From: Microcaecilia unicolor
Lineage: Eukaryota
Reading direction: 5' to 3'
NCBI RefSeq assembly: GCF_901765095.1
Contig: NC_044044.1
Location: 26,632,132-26,696,131 of the forward strand
DNA length: 64,000 nt
Positions within the stretch are counted from its first letter, which is position 1, and the number at the start of each line of letters is the position of its first letter. The translations under genes were made by a program, and so were the position numbers. Below the pieces are notes generated by a model. The model worked only from the letters and a program-made list of their open reading frames with translations. It ran no database searches and was not told the origin of the DNA. Of the stretch, positions 47,586 to 59,439 are shown in pieces.

Positions 47586-48445
47586 CTGGCTGTATGAACC
47601 CTGTGCTAATTAGAGAATGCTATCCATGATATCCATGCCCTAGATCCTGCCCCCTAGCTGAAAATGCAGTAACTGTGTGAATTAGTGAGCATTAACTGCT
47701 GAATCACCGTGGTAACAGCACACCTGTGCGGTAGCAGTTAATGCGCGCTAATTTATGCGACAACTGCTCGGTGCTTTTCTTGAAAAGGCCCCCTAAGTGT
47801 TCCTGAATGTTATTCGCTTGCCTTTGGAAATATGAGTAACTGATTTCCAGCTTCTTAGGTGTTTCAGAACTACATTTCCCAGAATGCAAGAGGGCATAAC
47901 CTGGACTGGATTAGCTTCTGTGTACCACCAAGGTAATAAATAGACTTAAAACAAAGAGAAGAGGATACCTTTAATAAGATAATACCCTTAATACAGAGGT
48001 ATCATCTTATTTTTGTTTTCTTTTATTTCTACTAATTACCTTTAAAGTAAACTAACAAAGGAACCACACTGCTTTGGCATTAGGGTGTGTCTGCCCTGCC
48101 CCTCAGCAAACTCACTTCCGTGTTTCTGTCCTGGGCTTTGAGCCACTATAGCGGGAGCGAATCCCTTCGCTGCCTCTCTCCCTCCTGCGCATCGCAGGCG
48201 CTTTCTGAACACGACCGGAAAACACGCCTGTTTGAATATTTTGCTGGTTTTGTGTGTGTGACTGAGGAGGCCGTCGGTGAATTTAAGGTCAGTATCTATA
48301 GATCATCTTCCACATTCTTTAGAATGAAAACCTGTTTATGTATAAACTTTATATTAAGGATAAAAGGCCCCCTCCCCTCACAGATGAGTTACACCTTCTA
48401 ACTTTCTATTAAGGATAAACCCCTTCCCTTCACTGTCCTCAATAC

Positions 48446-49055
48446 ACAAGTTACATAAGTACATAAGTATTGCCATACTGGGAAAGACCAAAGGTCCATC
48501 GAGCCCAGCATCCTGTTTCCAACAGTGGGCAATCCAGGTCACAAATACCCGGCAAGATCCCAAAAATGTACAAAACATTTTATACTGCTTATCCCAGAAA
48601 TAATGCATTTCCCCCAAGTCCATTTAATAATGGTCTATGGACTTTTTCTTTAGGAAGCCGTCCAAAACTTTTTTTTTAAGTCCGCTAAGCTAACCGCCTT
48701 TACCACATTCTCTGGCAACGAATTCCAGAGTTTAATTACACGTTGAGTGAAAAAATATTTTCTCCGATTCGTTTTAAATTTACTACTTTGTAGCTTCATC
48801 GCATGCCCCCTAGTCCTAGTATTTTTGGAAAGCGTAAACAGACGCTTCACATCTACCCGTTCAACTCCACTCATTATTTTATAGACCTCTATCATATTTC
48901 CCCTCAGCCGCCTTTTCTCCAAGCTGAAGAGCCCCAGCCGCATTAGCCTTTCCTCATAGGGAAGTCGTCCCATCCCCTTTATCATTCTCGTCGCCCTTCT
49001 CTGCACCTTTTCTAATTCCAGTATATCTTTTTTGAGATACGGCGACCAGAATTGT
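48446..49055 (-). mobile_element. CR1 LINE, 5'-truncated 3' portion, on the minus strand
   Basis: ORF 48650..49006 reads [115 protein letters not shown]. The 3' UTR at 48446-48560 is the reverse complement of ...ctggattgcccactgttggaaacaggatgctgggctcgatggacctttggtctttcccagtatggcaatacttatgtacttatgtaac. It sits within flanking aaggataaa.ccc.tcccctc...acagatgagttacac repeats. Confidence 0.85.
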
Positions 49056-49993
49056 ATTAAGACTAAAACTCCCCCTCCCCTTACTGCCCCATTTATACAA
49101 GTTACACTATATATTTAGGATAAAACACCCCCTCCCCTCGCTGTCCCTCACAGATGAGTTACACGGTATAACCACAATTAATAAAATAGCCACTCTCTTG
49201 CGTGTCCCTATATACAGGTTGTACCCTATCATGCTTTTTGGAGTGTGCTCAGGCCTGCATGCAAAAACAGTAATTCAAGGTGGATTACAATCAAGTACAG
49301 TAGATATTGTATGGCTGGGTCCCCAGGTTTTCCCTCTTTTCACAGCTTCCACTGGACCCAGTATCAGTGACTGAAAGTGTCCCCACCCTCTGCCAGATTT
49401 CAGATGACTCATCTCCAGCCTGCTAAACCTAGATCAATATCAGTCTTTGTTTTTCCATTACACGCCCCATCTATAACCTTCTCCAAGCCTTGGTTGTTTG
49501 GCATCAGCTCCAAGTCCTTTCATATGTGTCTGTCTGTCTGTGTGTTGATTAGACTCTCTACTGCATTATAGAAAATGATTAATGATCATCCCCCTTTTAT
49601 CTGCTGGCCTCCTGCCTTATCTCAGCACTGTATGCACAAGCCCAGGTGCATTTTTCTTTCCTGTTGTGTTTTGCAAACTCTGTTCTGGCTGTGAATTAAG
49701 CCTGGAGTTATTGAGAACCTGCTCTCTGCTCCTCGGGGCAAAGGAAAGGACTTTTTATCTAGAGCCCAACCTCTCACTTGTCTCTGACATAACCTGCTCA
49801 GAAACCACTGGAAGGAGGGGGGAAGAATATATTTTCTGCTCTTATTTTAACACACATTCATTTCCTTTTCTCCAGCCAGAAGCTTTGCCGTGGCCACTGA
49901 TGCGCCGTGATTTGCACCCAGTGACACTTGGGAGCAGGGTGACAGGGAAAGAAAGGAGGACACAGAAGAAGGAGAAGAAGTGTGGAGAGGACC

Positions 49994-50009
49994 ATGAGCA
50001 ATCTGCCAG
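49994..50009 (+). CDS. Candidate initiator micro-exon of the NLRP-like gene, encoding MSNLP plus one base (speculative)
   Basis: The context is gaggaccATGAgc and the donor is CCAG|GTAAAC. The leftover single base plus the first two bases of the next exon give Val, producing MSNLPVASRVLDGFSDLQLRRL..., a plausible PYD N-terminus. It is supported only by phase and consensus, not by homology. Confidence 0.25.
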
Positions 50010-51263
50010 GTAAACGTTATTGCTGAGTGTTCTTCAGCGCTGACAGTCATACCCTAGGTAGGAGAATATAGGGCACCCCCAAGAAGCTGATCCAAATTGA
50101 AAACCTCCCTCTTCCCATCCACACAGCAGCCTCCAGTGTTTGGCTAGTTCAATAAAAGAGCAAATCCCTTGACCCTGTTGGTTGACCATTTTTTTTCTGG
50201 TCCCTTTCCCCGAGGGTGTTGGATCCAATTCCTTGGACCACACCACACCAATTAGAATCTCAGTCAATTAATTCAAATCTAACTGAAGTTAATAACCCAG
50301 TGATCACCTCCAGCAATTTTCATACTGAAACAAAAAAAAAAAGTGTTGTTATAGTCTCGTGACCTGGAGCCATCCACCTCTTCGCCTTCAAAATGGGAGC
50401 TCTGGTATGGCCCACCTCACATGACAAATGCGCTGGGCGGTTTCTGGGGTACACCCTATTTTCCTCTCCTGTTCTCTCTCTTTGAGGGGAGGAAGAGGGA
50501 GATACCGCCATGAAAGGAAGGGACTGGCCCCAGCTCTTAATAAAACCCGTAAACTATGCAGCAGGTATGCATGCCAGCTCAGAAACAGAGTAGGCATAGT
50601 GTTGAAAGAAAACTTAAGGGGGGGGGTGTGCATATTCAAAGTTAGTTTACCAGGTTGCAGAACTGCAGTTGACTGGGGCCACTGAAAATCATTGCAAGAC
50701 TCTGGGATTATTATCTCCCCCTCCTCGCCCCCCCCCCCCCCCCCCCCAGTTTGCAGACTGAATATGTTCCTAACCAGCTAAGTAGTGGCTCTGCCTAAAA
50801 TCTGCCCCCTAGACCACCCCTAAACTAGCTAGTTAGGGAATGGCCAGATAGTGCCGATATTCAGTGACCGGCCAGCTCAGTGAGGTTTAACTGGGCAGGA
50901 GCCGTTCCTGCCCAGTGAAGCCCCTTTGAATATTGACCCCTTCCAATACGTATCTGGTTTTCATTTTCCTACACAGTGTACATGTTGTGTGTATTTCCAT
51001 CCCATAATCACATCCTAATTCCACATACACCTGTCCCCCTCACCACTGTTCACCTTCTAAACACACCTTTCCATATCCTGCATTCATCCCACAGTATAAG
51101 GCAAGCTCCAAGTAGACTCTTCAGCTTGGAAACAGTCATGGTACTAATCGCGCCTTCATCTCATGGTGCATTCTTCATGGGTCCTGGTCTCCAGTTTGAG
51201 GACCATTTTTTTCTTGGACAATGACAGGTCTTGGGTGTTTCTCCTTGGCTCTCTTTCTTACAG

Positions 51264-51418
51264 TAGCCTCCAGGGTCCTGGATGGGTTCAGCGACCTACA
51301 GCTGCGCCGACTGACGATGCTGTACTGCCAACGGCTGGAGGATGCTACGGCAGAAGTCGCATGTGCTGTGGCATTCAGTCTCTACGCCAAGACCGTCATA
51401 TCCAAACTGGAATACGAG
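51264..51418 (+). CDS. NLRP-like gene, exon encoding the first half of an N-terminal death-fold (PYD-like) domain: (V)ASRVLDGFSDLQLRRLTMLYCQRLEDATAEVACAVAFSLYAKTVISKLEYE
   Basis: A strong polypyrimidine tract and acceptor precede it (ctccttggctctctttcttacag|). The donor is GAG|GTGTGT in phase 0. The LxxLxDxxLKKFKxxL-like pattern (LDGFSDLQLRRLTMLY) resembles PYD helix 1-2. The exon joins in frame to the next exon. Confidence 0.5.
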
Positions 51419-52563
51419 GTGTGTCTGTCTATCCCTCTCCATGGAGGGCTATAAAATCTGCTACGTGCATATCTGTGAAGATATCTGCTACGAACAGAGG
51501 TTAATAAACACACAAAAAAGGTCCCCCCTCCCAAGGTGGTGTATGAGATGTGGCCAACACTTTGGTGGGTTGATAGATAGAACCAATGAATAGATAAATG
51601 GATAGACTGATGAACAGCCATCTCTCTCTGGAGTGGAGTAATAGACTTTTCCACTGTTAACCTGTATACGTGTCGATCATTTCGAGGTGTGCATTTAGTT
51701 AACTATTTCAGTTTGGAAATTTTTTTTGTATGTAAAGAATACACACTGAATTGACTACACAATACAACCTCCAAAATAATATATGCAATAAGCTTTTAGC
51801 ACATCAATGACATTTTACACAGATTAATTTTCAAAAAGAACCAAAAAGTGCCTGAAAATAAACCAAAAAATGCTAAAAATGATGTAAAAATGAACCAAAC
51901 TTTTTTCTATGAATTACCCTATCATTTATCCATTCATATTCAGGGTGTAATACAAGATGCATCCACTCTGTCTCTTCATCCAACCATCTACCTCTGACGC
52001 AGAGTGGAAGATATGACCAATGTCTGTCCAGCGTAGAGTGTGAGGTGAATCCAAGGATTCACCCACCCTCCTGTCTCTGGGACAGAGTATGAATTGTACT
52101 GTGTCAGTCTGTCCATCCATGTCTTTAGATTCAGTGTAGTGGTTCCAGTCTCTCCCTGTATCTAACTACCTCTAGGATGAAGTTCAAGATATGTCCACTG
52201 TCCATTCTCCAAGGTTGAGAAAGAAGTGTCTGTAATACATATATCCATCTGTCTCCAGAGCACTGTATGAGATGTATCCAATTTCTGTCCATCCATCTGT
52301 TTTGCTTTCTCGGAAGTAGTATGAAGCTTATCAAATATCTGTTTCTTTACTCTGAATCTGGGGGACATTGGTGGTTCATAATCAAATTTTTTCAGTTCCC
52401 CAAAATCTTACTTCAGATCCCACCAGCTTGGTCCTCTCCTCTCCTAAATCATGTCTCAAACTGGACCCCACCATCAACATGGAGAGGACCCTGCTTTTGG
52501 AAAATAAGAGAGTATAATATTAATTCATGTGTCCCTTCTTTCCCCTCCCACCTTTCCCCACAG

Positions 52564-52732
52564 CAAATCACTGGTGCTGATGGTGACAAAGCGTCACAGC
52601 TCCTACTGAAGACAGTGCTGTCCAAGGAGGATGCCAAAGCTGCCCGAGCCATGTGGCAAAGCTTCACAGACTTCAGGGAAAACAATGCTTTTCTGAAGGT
52701 GAAAAGGATCCTACAGGAGATTGACGACAAGG
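52564..52732 (+). CDS. NLRP-like gene, exon encoding the second half of the PYD-like domain: QITGADGDKASQLLLKTVLSKEDAKAARAMWQSFTDFRENNAFLKVKRILQEIDDK(G)
   Basis: Acceptor cctttccccacag|CAA and donor G|GTATGG, leaving phase 1. The pattern ...DLA.LM...G.EEAW.....F..I....L... is typical of pyrin-domain helices 4-6 (compare NLRP3 and NLRP12 PYDs). The phase matches the NACHT exon. Confidence 0.55.
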
Positions 52733-52989
52733 GTATGGACCCCACAAGCATGGTGGAGGGAGAGAGTATCAGGTGGAACCATATCATCTAGTCAACCTAT
52801 AGGTTGATAGGTAACGGAGTTCAAACATGCGTGGGATATGCATAGAGGAATCCTGTGCAGAAGGAATGGATCCTCAGAAGCTTAGCTGAAATTGGGTGGC
52901 GGAGCAGGTGGGGGGAAGAGGGGGTGGTGATTGGGAGGAGAGGATAGAGGAGGGCAGACTTGTACGGTCTGTACCAGAGCCTGTGATGG

Positions 52990-53195
52990 GAGGCGGGACT
53001 GGTGGTTGGGAGGCGGGAAATACTGCTGGGCAGACTTGTATGGTCTGTGCCCTGAAAAGGACAGGTACAAATTCAAGGTAAGGTATACACATATGAGTTT
53101 GTCTTGGGCAGACTGGATGGACCATGCAGGTCTTTTTCTGCCGTCATCTACTATGTTACTATGTATGTTACTATGTTACTATGTATTCGTAAACC
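52990..53195 (+). mobile_element. 3' tail of a second CR1-like subfamily, ending in a (TACTATGT)n octamer microsatellite
   Basis: ...gggcagactggatggaccatgcaggtctttttctgccgtcatctactatgttactatgtatgttactatgttactatgt. A related tail lies at 19615-19675. Octamer microsatellite termini are typical of CR1. Confidence 0.5.
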
Positions 53196-53554
53196 CCATT
53201 CCCCTCTTTGACAGTATCACAATCCTGAGCTTCAAATCCGACTCTGCTGACTTTCAATTCACAGATTGCAGTTATTAAACCCTCTTATTTTGCACTCGAA
53301 CAAATTAATTCTTCCTTGACAACTTGGAAACCTTGGTTTTTGCTCTGATTCCAATTCGTATTGACTATTGCAATGCTGTTCACTTTGGCTCAAATCAGTC
53401 CTCCATAAACTGCAGCTCCTCCAGTGTCCAGATTATTTACTGGAACAATCCGAATGGATCATGTTACTCCGATCCCTACTTGACAACACTGATTTCTAAT
53501 CTCTTTCAGAACAAAACAACAAAAAAAAAAATCAATCAACTAGTTTTAGCGGAG

Positions 53555-53995
53555 TGGAGTGGAACAGGAGTGGAACAGGTGGATGTGAAGCGTCTGTTCA
53601 CACGTTCCAAAAATACTAGGACTAGGGGGCATGCGATGAAACTACAGTGTAGTAAATTTAAAACAAATCGGAGAAAATTTTTCTTCACCCAACGTGTAAT
53701 TAAACTCTGGAATTCGTTGCCGGAGAAAGTGGTGAAGGCGGTTAGCTTAGCAGAGTTTAAAAAGGGGTTGGACGGTTTCCTAAAGGACAAGTCCATAAAC
53801 CGCTACTAAACGGACTTGGAAAACTCCAAAATTCCAGGAATAACATGTATAGAATGTTTGTACGTTTGGGAAGCTCGCCAGGTGCCCTTGGCCTGGATTG
53901 GCCACTGTCGTGGACAGGATGCTGGGCTCGATGGACCCTTGGTCTTTTCCCAGTATGGCATTACTTATGTACTTATGTTCCTTTCCACCCATCAG
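53555..53995 (+). mobile_element. CR1 LINE 3' fragment
   Basis: ORF 53324..53809 ends ...[80 protein letters not shown]. It is followed by the CR1 3' UTR ...gccaggtgcccttggcctggattggccactgtcgtggacaggatgctgggctcgatggacccttggtcttttcccagtatggcattacttatgtacttatg. Confidence 0.85.
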
Positions 53996-55551
53996 CTCCA
54001 TACTACAAGATGGACCTGTGTTTTCACTTTTTGGCCCTGTAGAGTAGTATTCTCTTCTTCAGCACCTGAGAGGGAAACTAAATCAACCCTATTTCAAAAT
54101 GGCTTTGAAAAACTCTCCACTTCAGCATTGCGTATGGCTCTCTGTACTCTGCTCTCCTCCTCCTTTCAGATTCCTTTCCAATATTTCTTTTCTTGTAAAC
54201 CACTTTGCTGTGTCCCTACTCAAGGTTGAAAGACAGTATATGGATTCTTCCAATAAACTAAATTAAATTAATTAATTAAATACAGATTGGAGGGGGTTCG
54301 AGGATGAGAAAGCCAGTGCTTCAATTCATATCTTAGGACCTTGATTTTCAGTCCCAGTCCTTGAAGCTTAAGGGCCACCAACAGGTCAGGTTTTCGGGAT
54401 AAGATAAATTTACATTCCGATGAGGCAATACATGAAATCTCTCTTATGCATATTGATTGTGGATATCCTGAAAACTTGACTGGCTGGATGTGCCCTGAGG
54501 ACTGAGTTGATAAGCACTGCCTTGAGAGAGATCTGCATGTTTACTACCTCCATTATATGTAAATCTCTCTCATGCATATTTATTAGGGGTATCGTGAAAA
54601 CCTTGAGGACTAGGAGTGAAGACCAAGGTCTTTGGAAAAATATCAAAAGCGTAGGCCATAGAATTTCTCAATCCAGTCCTCAAGACCCACCCAGTCAGTC
54701 CGGTTTTCAGGATTTCTACAACAAATATGCCAAAAGCAAGATTTGCATACAAGGGTGGCCAGTGCATGCAAATCTCTCTCATATACATGCATTATGGGTA
54801 TTTTGAAAAGCAGTTTGGCTGTGCGTGCCAGAACGGTAGATGGATGCAAGGAAGGTGAATGGAAAGAGAATGGGCGGTAGAAGGAAAGAAGGAGCGAGAG
54901 AGAGAGATACCAAAAGACTGAGACAGATAGAAATGCATTGATAGAGAACAGGACGTATGAGCAGCATTGTCACCAGGGTTTGTTTTGGATGTTGCAGGAG
55001 ACTCTTTGCATAAGGAGATTAATTGGGCCCCTGATGAGGTTATTCAAGACTGCCTGGTAGGTAAGTGATTTGCACGTAGTAGTAGGGAAACCCTTGGGCA
55101 GGGTTAGGGTTCAGTCAAGGTCATAGGAGCCAACTTTTCAAAATTATTGGGGGTGCTAAGCCCAATGGAAATAATCCCTCCCTGGACACAAACAAGGAAT
55201 TTTTCCAATATTGGGGGTGCTCAAGCACCCACAGCACCCACAGAGTCGGCTCCAATGGTCAAGGTAGCGCTTCAACAAGTCCTTTCTTCAACATCAAGCA
55301 GGCCAGTATGGGCAGGGAGGGGAAGGAGCATAGGTGGGTAAAGAGGGAGCCTGGGTATGAACTGCATCCTTTCCTCATGTGATAATTTCGGGAAAGGGAA
55401 GAGGCAAGAGCCCTCTCCAGCCAGTTAAAGTCCTGTTAGATGAGGTGAGGGGTCTGTGCCACATGTCCAGAAAACAGACAGAAACAGGAAATCATCGCTG
55501 GAAAATAACTATTGTCCTTCTAATAACTATTTTTCCTTTCTTCTGATGAAG

Positions 55552-57277
55552 CCATCCATCGCCAGCACCAAGCGATCCTGAAGGAAAGGAATGCTACCCT
55601 AGCACTAACTTCTTTTCATGGCTGGACGTTGGAGAAGACCTTCCCACTGGACAAACATTTTACAGAGCTGCTCATCATCCCCTCCCTGAGGTACCAGGAG
55701 CAGGTGCAGCATGAGCTCCTTGCCCGTGGACGTGAACACGTTGAATGGCGCAAGCAAACCCTGCGCCGTGAGCTGGAGAAGGTCCGCCATCATGAGATCT
55801 TTGGCACCAGCTTTGGCAAGTGCACTCGCTGCCTTTATGCTGTGATCAGCGGTGTGGCTGGGATTGGCAAGACCACCCTGGTACAGAAAATAGTCCACGA
55901 CTGGGCAGTGGGCAAAATTTATGGGCAGTTCCACTTCCTTTTCCAGTTCAAGTTCCGGGAGCTCAACATCTACCAGGACAGGACCAGTCTCAAGCAGATC
56001 ATCCTAGACTCCTACCCCTACCTAGAGAAAGATCTCAAGAAGGTCTTGGCAAATACCAATAGGATCTTGTTAATTTTTGACGGACTAGATGAATTCCGGG
56101 AGCCGATAATTTTCCCTGACATTCAGGCTAAATCTCCAAACTCACAATCAAAGGGGGCCTCACATCTTTACCCCGAGAGCTGGTGCTCCATTCCGGACAT
56201 TATACGGGCTCTCTTTCAAGGGCAGATGTTGCCGGATTGTTCCGTGCTGGTGACCACACGGCCCACAGCCCTGGAGTCCTTGCAGATGGCACCTGTCCAC
56301 CTCTATGCTGAGATACTGGGCTTCTCTGATGCACAGATCAAAGACTACTTCTTGAAGTTCAACAGTGACACCAAGGTGTCCTTGGAGATGTTAACCTATG
56401 TGGAGGACAATGCCATCCTGTATACTATGTGCTACAACCCATCATACTGTTGGGTAATTTGTTCCTCCCTGGAAGCAACCTTCACCTCACCAAGAGTACG
56501 TGATTGGAGCCCACCCAAGACAATCACCCAGCTATATGCCAACTATATTCATAACATCCTGAAGAATCATTCCAGAGAAGCAGAGGAGCCAAGACAGCTA
56601 CTTCTGAAGACTGGAGAGATGGCCTACATGGGGGTGGCAGAGAAGGTCATTGTCTTCGGTGACCACCACTTCCATCGGTATGGCCTGCAGCCCAGCAACT
56701 TCCTCTCGGGTTTCCTCATGCAGATTCTACAGAAGGAGAACTCCTTGAAGGATGTGGTATACTCTTTCTTTCATCTCACAGTGCAGGAATTCCTGGCGGC
56801 CCTTGCCAAATTCTTCCAAACGCCTACTCCTAAACTGTCCCAGCTGTTGGATGAAACCAGCACCTCCAGGGATGGCCGGTATGAAATCTTCCTCCAGTTC
56901 ATGGCTGGCCTCTCCTGCCCAGCCACCACAGCCCAACTGAAGGACCTGATTGGAGAAGTTCCCCAAGGGAACGTCTGTAAAGTGGTAGACTGGATCAAAG
57001 AGAGGTTTGAAAGTGCCCAGGGCCATAAGATCCAGCTGCTGAACACATTACACTATCTGTTTGAGGCACAGAACAAGGCCCTGGTGCAGGAGACTATGGG
57101 CCAGGTCAGACAGGTGGATTTCAGCTTCCAGGTCATGTCACCTGTAGATTGCTACGTTCTGGCTGTGGTGCTTGGGCCCTGTCAGCAGCTGCAGAACCTC
57201 CATCTTTTCAACTGTTCGATCGAGTCCTGGGGAATGAAGAGCTTGAAGAGCGTGCTACACAAGTGTGTGACTGTAAG
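55552..57277 (+). CDS. NLRP-like gene, large NACHT (NOD) domain exon. It carries a Walker A motif (GVAGIGKTTL), a Walker B region (ILLIFDGLDEF), sensor 1 (LVTTRP), and winged-helix/HD (EILGFSDAQIKDYFLKF, ILYTMCYNPSYCWVICSSL).
   Basis: The supplied ORF 55629..57281 actually begins at a TTG, not an ATG. The frame is open from 55527. I place the acceptor at ...tttttcctttcttctgatgaag|CC, which is phase-compatible with the PYD exon. 55603 is an alternative with the same phase. The donor is AAG|GTAAGG at 57277/57278. The motif order and sequences resemble NLRP3/NLRP12 NACHT domains. Confidence 0.85.
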
Positions 57278-58299
57278 GTAAGGAACGCTGTAAGATTTGA
57301 AACAGTCCAGCTGACCCTTTTGTGTAAAAAGCAGAAGAGCGTTAAATCCATCCACTCCATGACTAAAATCTGCCCTTCTCTATAAGCTAGGGTCTTTTAA
57401 CTTCCCTTTTCAGAACCTAGGGCCTACAATTGACCCTTCTAAAAGCCTGAACCTAAGCTGCCCACCTCCCTTATCAACCAAGGGCCTAAAAACTCTCTCC
57501 CTCTTCAGAACTCGGAATCCAAACTTCTCCCTCTCCAAAGCCATAGTCTAAACAATCTCCCTCCCGTCTTCTGAAACCTGGCCCGCTCCTGAGTGTTGGT
57601 GTATGGAAAACCTGTGAGTATGAGGAAAGGTTATGATGGAGAGTGGAACAGGATAAGGGGCTTTATCAGAGGGGAACAATCTATTCTTCAAGCACCTGCC
57701 AAGGCGACAGTAATAAGTGTTTATTACTGCATAGATCAAGATATGTTGCTGGGGAACAAAGCATCCAAAAATGTCCATTACCAGGAAACAAACTCAGACT
57801 GGAGGGGGGGGGGGGGCTTTCTCTGTTTGTCTGTTTGAAAACATATAAGGGCAGGTCTGCTTTTACCCTACAGACACAGATTCATGCTGGAGGATAGGGC
57901 AGGTCTCCTTTAAACACTGCATCTGCTAATCTAATCCCGCAGAAAAGACAGTTCTCCTTTAACAATGAGCCTAGTTTCAAGGCAGGGCAGGTCTCTTTTG
58001 ACAGCATAGGGGCGATAAGAAACCATGTGCTTTATCACACCAACCTTTGAACCCTTATCCACAGTAAAGACCAGGAAGAACCAGCCTGAACCAAAACCAA
58101 TCAGGAGCCTTGGAAGGGATCACAGAGCACTCTTAAGCCCATCTGATTGGCTCCTGAGAATTAACTTTCTATGATGTCATAAAGCCTTTTTCATTCCTGC
58201 ATTCTGACTGGTTTTGAAGGTGTTAGTCATAATTCACTGGATTGGGTTTATAAAGCCTGAGGGTCATTTGCCTTTGGGTCACACACAGACATTGACAGA

Positions 58300-58800
58300 G
58301 CCGGGGGGCTTAGAACTGAGGCACAGGGAGATAAGTGACTCCCCCAGGAACACACACAGACCCTGCGCTCTAATCCCTGGCTCTTCATTGACTCTCTGTG
58401 AGATAAAGCAACTCCACCAGGGTCACAGCATAGGAAGCAGATAGCCGAAATGAGGATTAGGTCTCAGCAATCTGTAGTATGTTGGACACCTAGAGCCAAA
58501 GTTCCTTGTCTTGTCCTCCTGCTGTTCTCCTAACTTTCAGGCTCCTCTACGGAATTAGAATAAAGGCACAAGGAGATAAGTAACTCCTCCAGCATCACAC
58601 ACAGACCCTGCACTCTAATCCCTGGTTCTTCATTGACTCTCTGTGAGATAAAGCAACTCCACCAGGGTCACAGCATAGGAAGCAGATAGCCGAACTGAGG
58701 ATTAGGTCTCCGCAATCTGTAGTATGTTGGACACCTAGAGCCAAAGTTCCTTGTCTGCTCCTCCTGCTGTTCTCCTAACTTTCAGGCTCCTCTACGGCTC
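58300..58800 (+). repeat. Tandem duplication of about 240 bp (58380-58550 against 58620-58800) of a MIR-core-related segment, in the NLRP-like intron
   Basis: ctctaatccctgg(c/t)tcttcattgactctctgtgagataaagcaactccaccagggtcacagcataggaagcagatagccgaa.tgaggattaggtctc.gcaatctgtagtatgttggacacctagagccaaagttccttgtct...ctcctgctgttctcctaactttcaggctcctctacgg occurs twice at about 97% identity. Confidence 0.8.
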
Positions 58801-58871
58801 AGAAACACCTCAGCCAGACATCACACGGTCCCCATAGAGAGGGATGACCGACTGCCTTTGCTTCTTCGCAG

Positions 58872-58958
58872 GTTGTCACAGAATAGATTGGGAGATCAGG
58901 GGGTGAAACTCCTGTGTGAAGCCCTGAGGAAGCCCGACTGTCAAATGCAGACTCTGGA
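58872..58958 (+). CDS. NLRP-like gene, LRR exon encoding (R)LSQNRLGDQGVKLLCEALRKPDCQMQTL(E)
   Basis: Acceptor cttcttcgcag|G and a perfect GTAAGT donor. This is a ribonuclease-inhibitor-type LRR of the NLRP kind (compare NLRP3 [28 protein letters not shown]). The phase is consistent with the NACHT exon. Confidence 0.7.
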
Positions 58959-59439
58959 GTAAGTAATACACTGTCACCCGCGTGCCCCCTGCCGCCCCAT
59001 AGTGCTATAGGCATCCCTTTTCAAAGACTCAGACAGCTGCATATCCTGCACCCAGGTAGATACAGAAAAATCTAGACACACGTGCAAAAAGAGGGAGAAA
59101 CCGATTACTCTGTAAATCGTATGGAAAGAGAGAGAGAAGATAGTCGAGTATCAAGAGAAATGCAGTCTGAGACCAAGAAGATGTGGCAGAAAGATACAGA
59201 AATATTTCCCATCATCTTGATCAGAAAGAATTTCCAAACACACCTGGACAGGTTGCCTATATGTGTTACATCTTACAAACGCCAGGTGAAAACTCACCAT
59301 GGCTCAGTACGAGCTCGACAGCGATTCTTAGCAGTAAATTTGAGGGACGGAGGTCATACTCCACAAGCCCTGGCTTAGGAGACAGGTTCATTCCTGTCTA
59401 GAAATGCACAACACTAACCCATTTGGAGAAACTGCCCCC

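Noticed and set aside
55629-55631. Apparent start codon of the 550-aa NACHT ORF in the supplied track
   Set aside because: The codon at 55629 is TTG, not ATG; the track allows alternative starts. The reading frame is open upstream to 55527, and the exon is internal (acceptor at about 55551/55552), preceded by the PYD-like exons.
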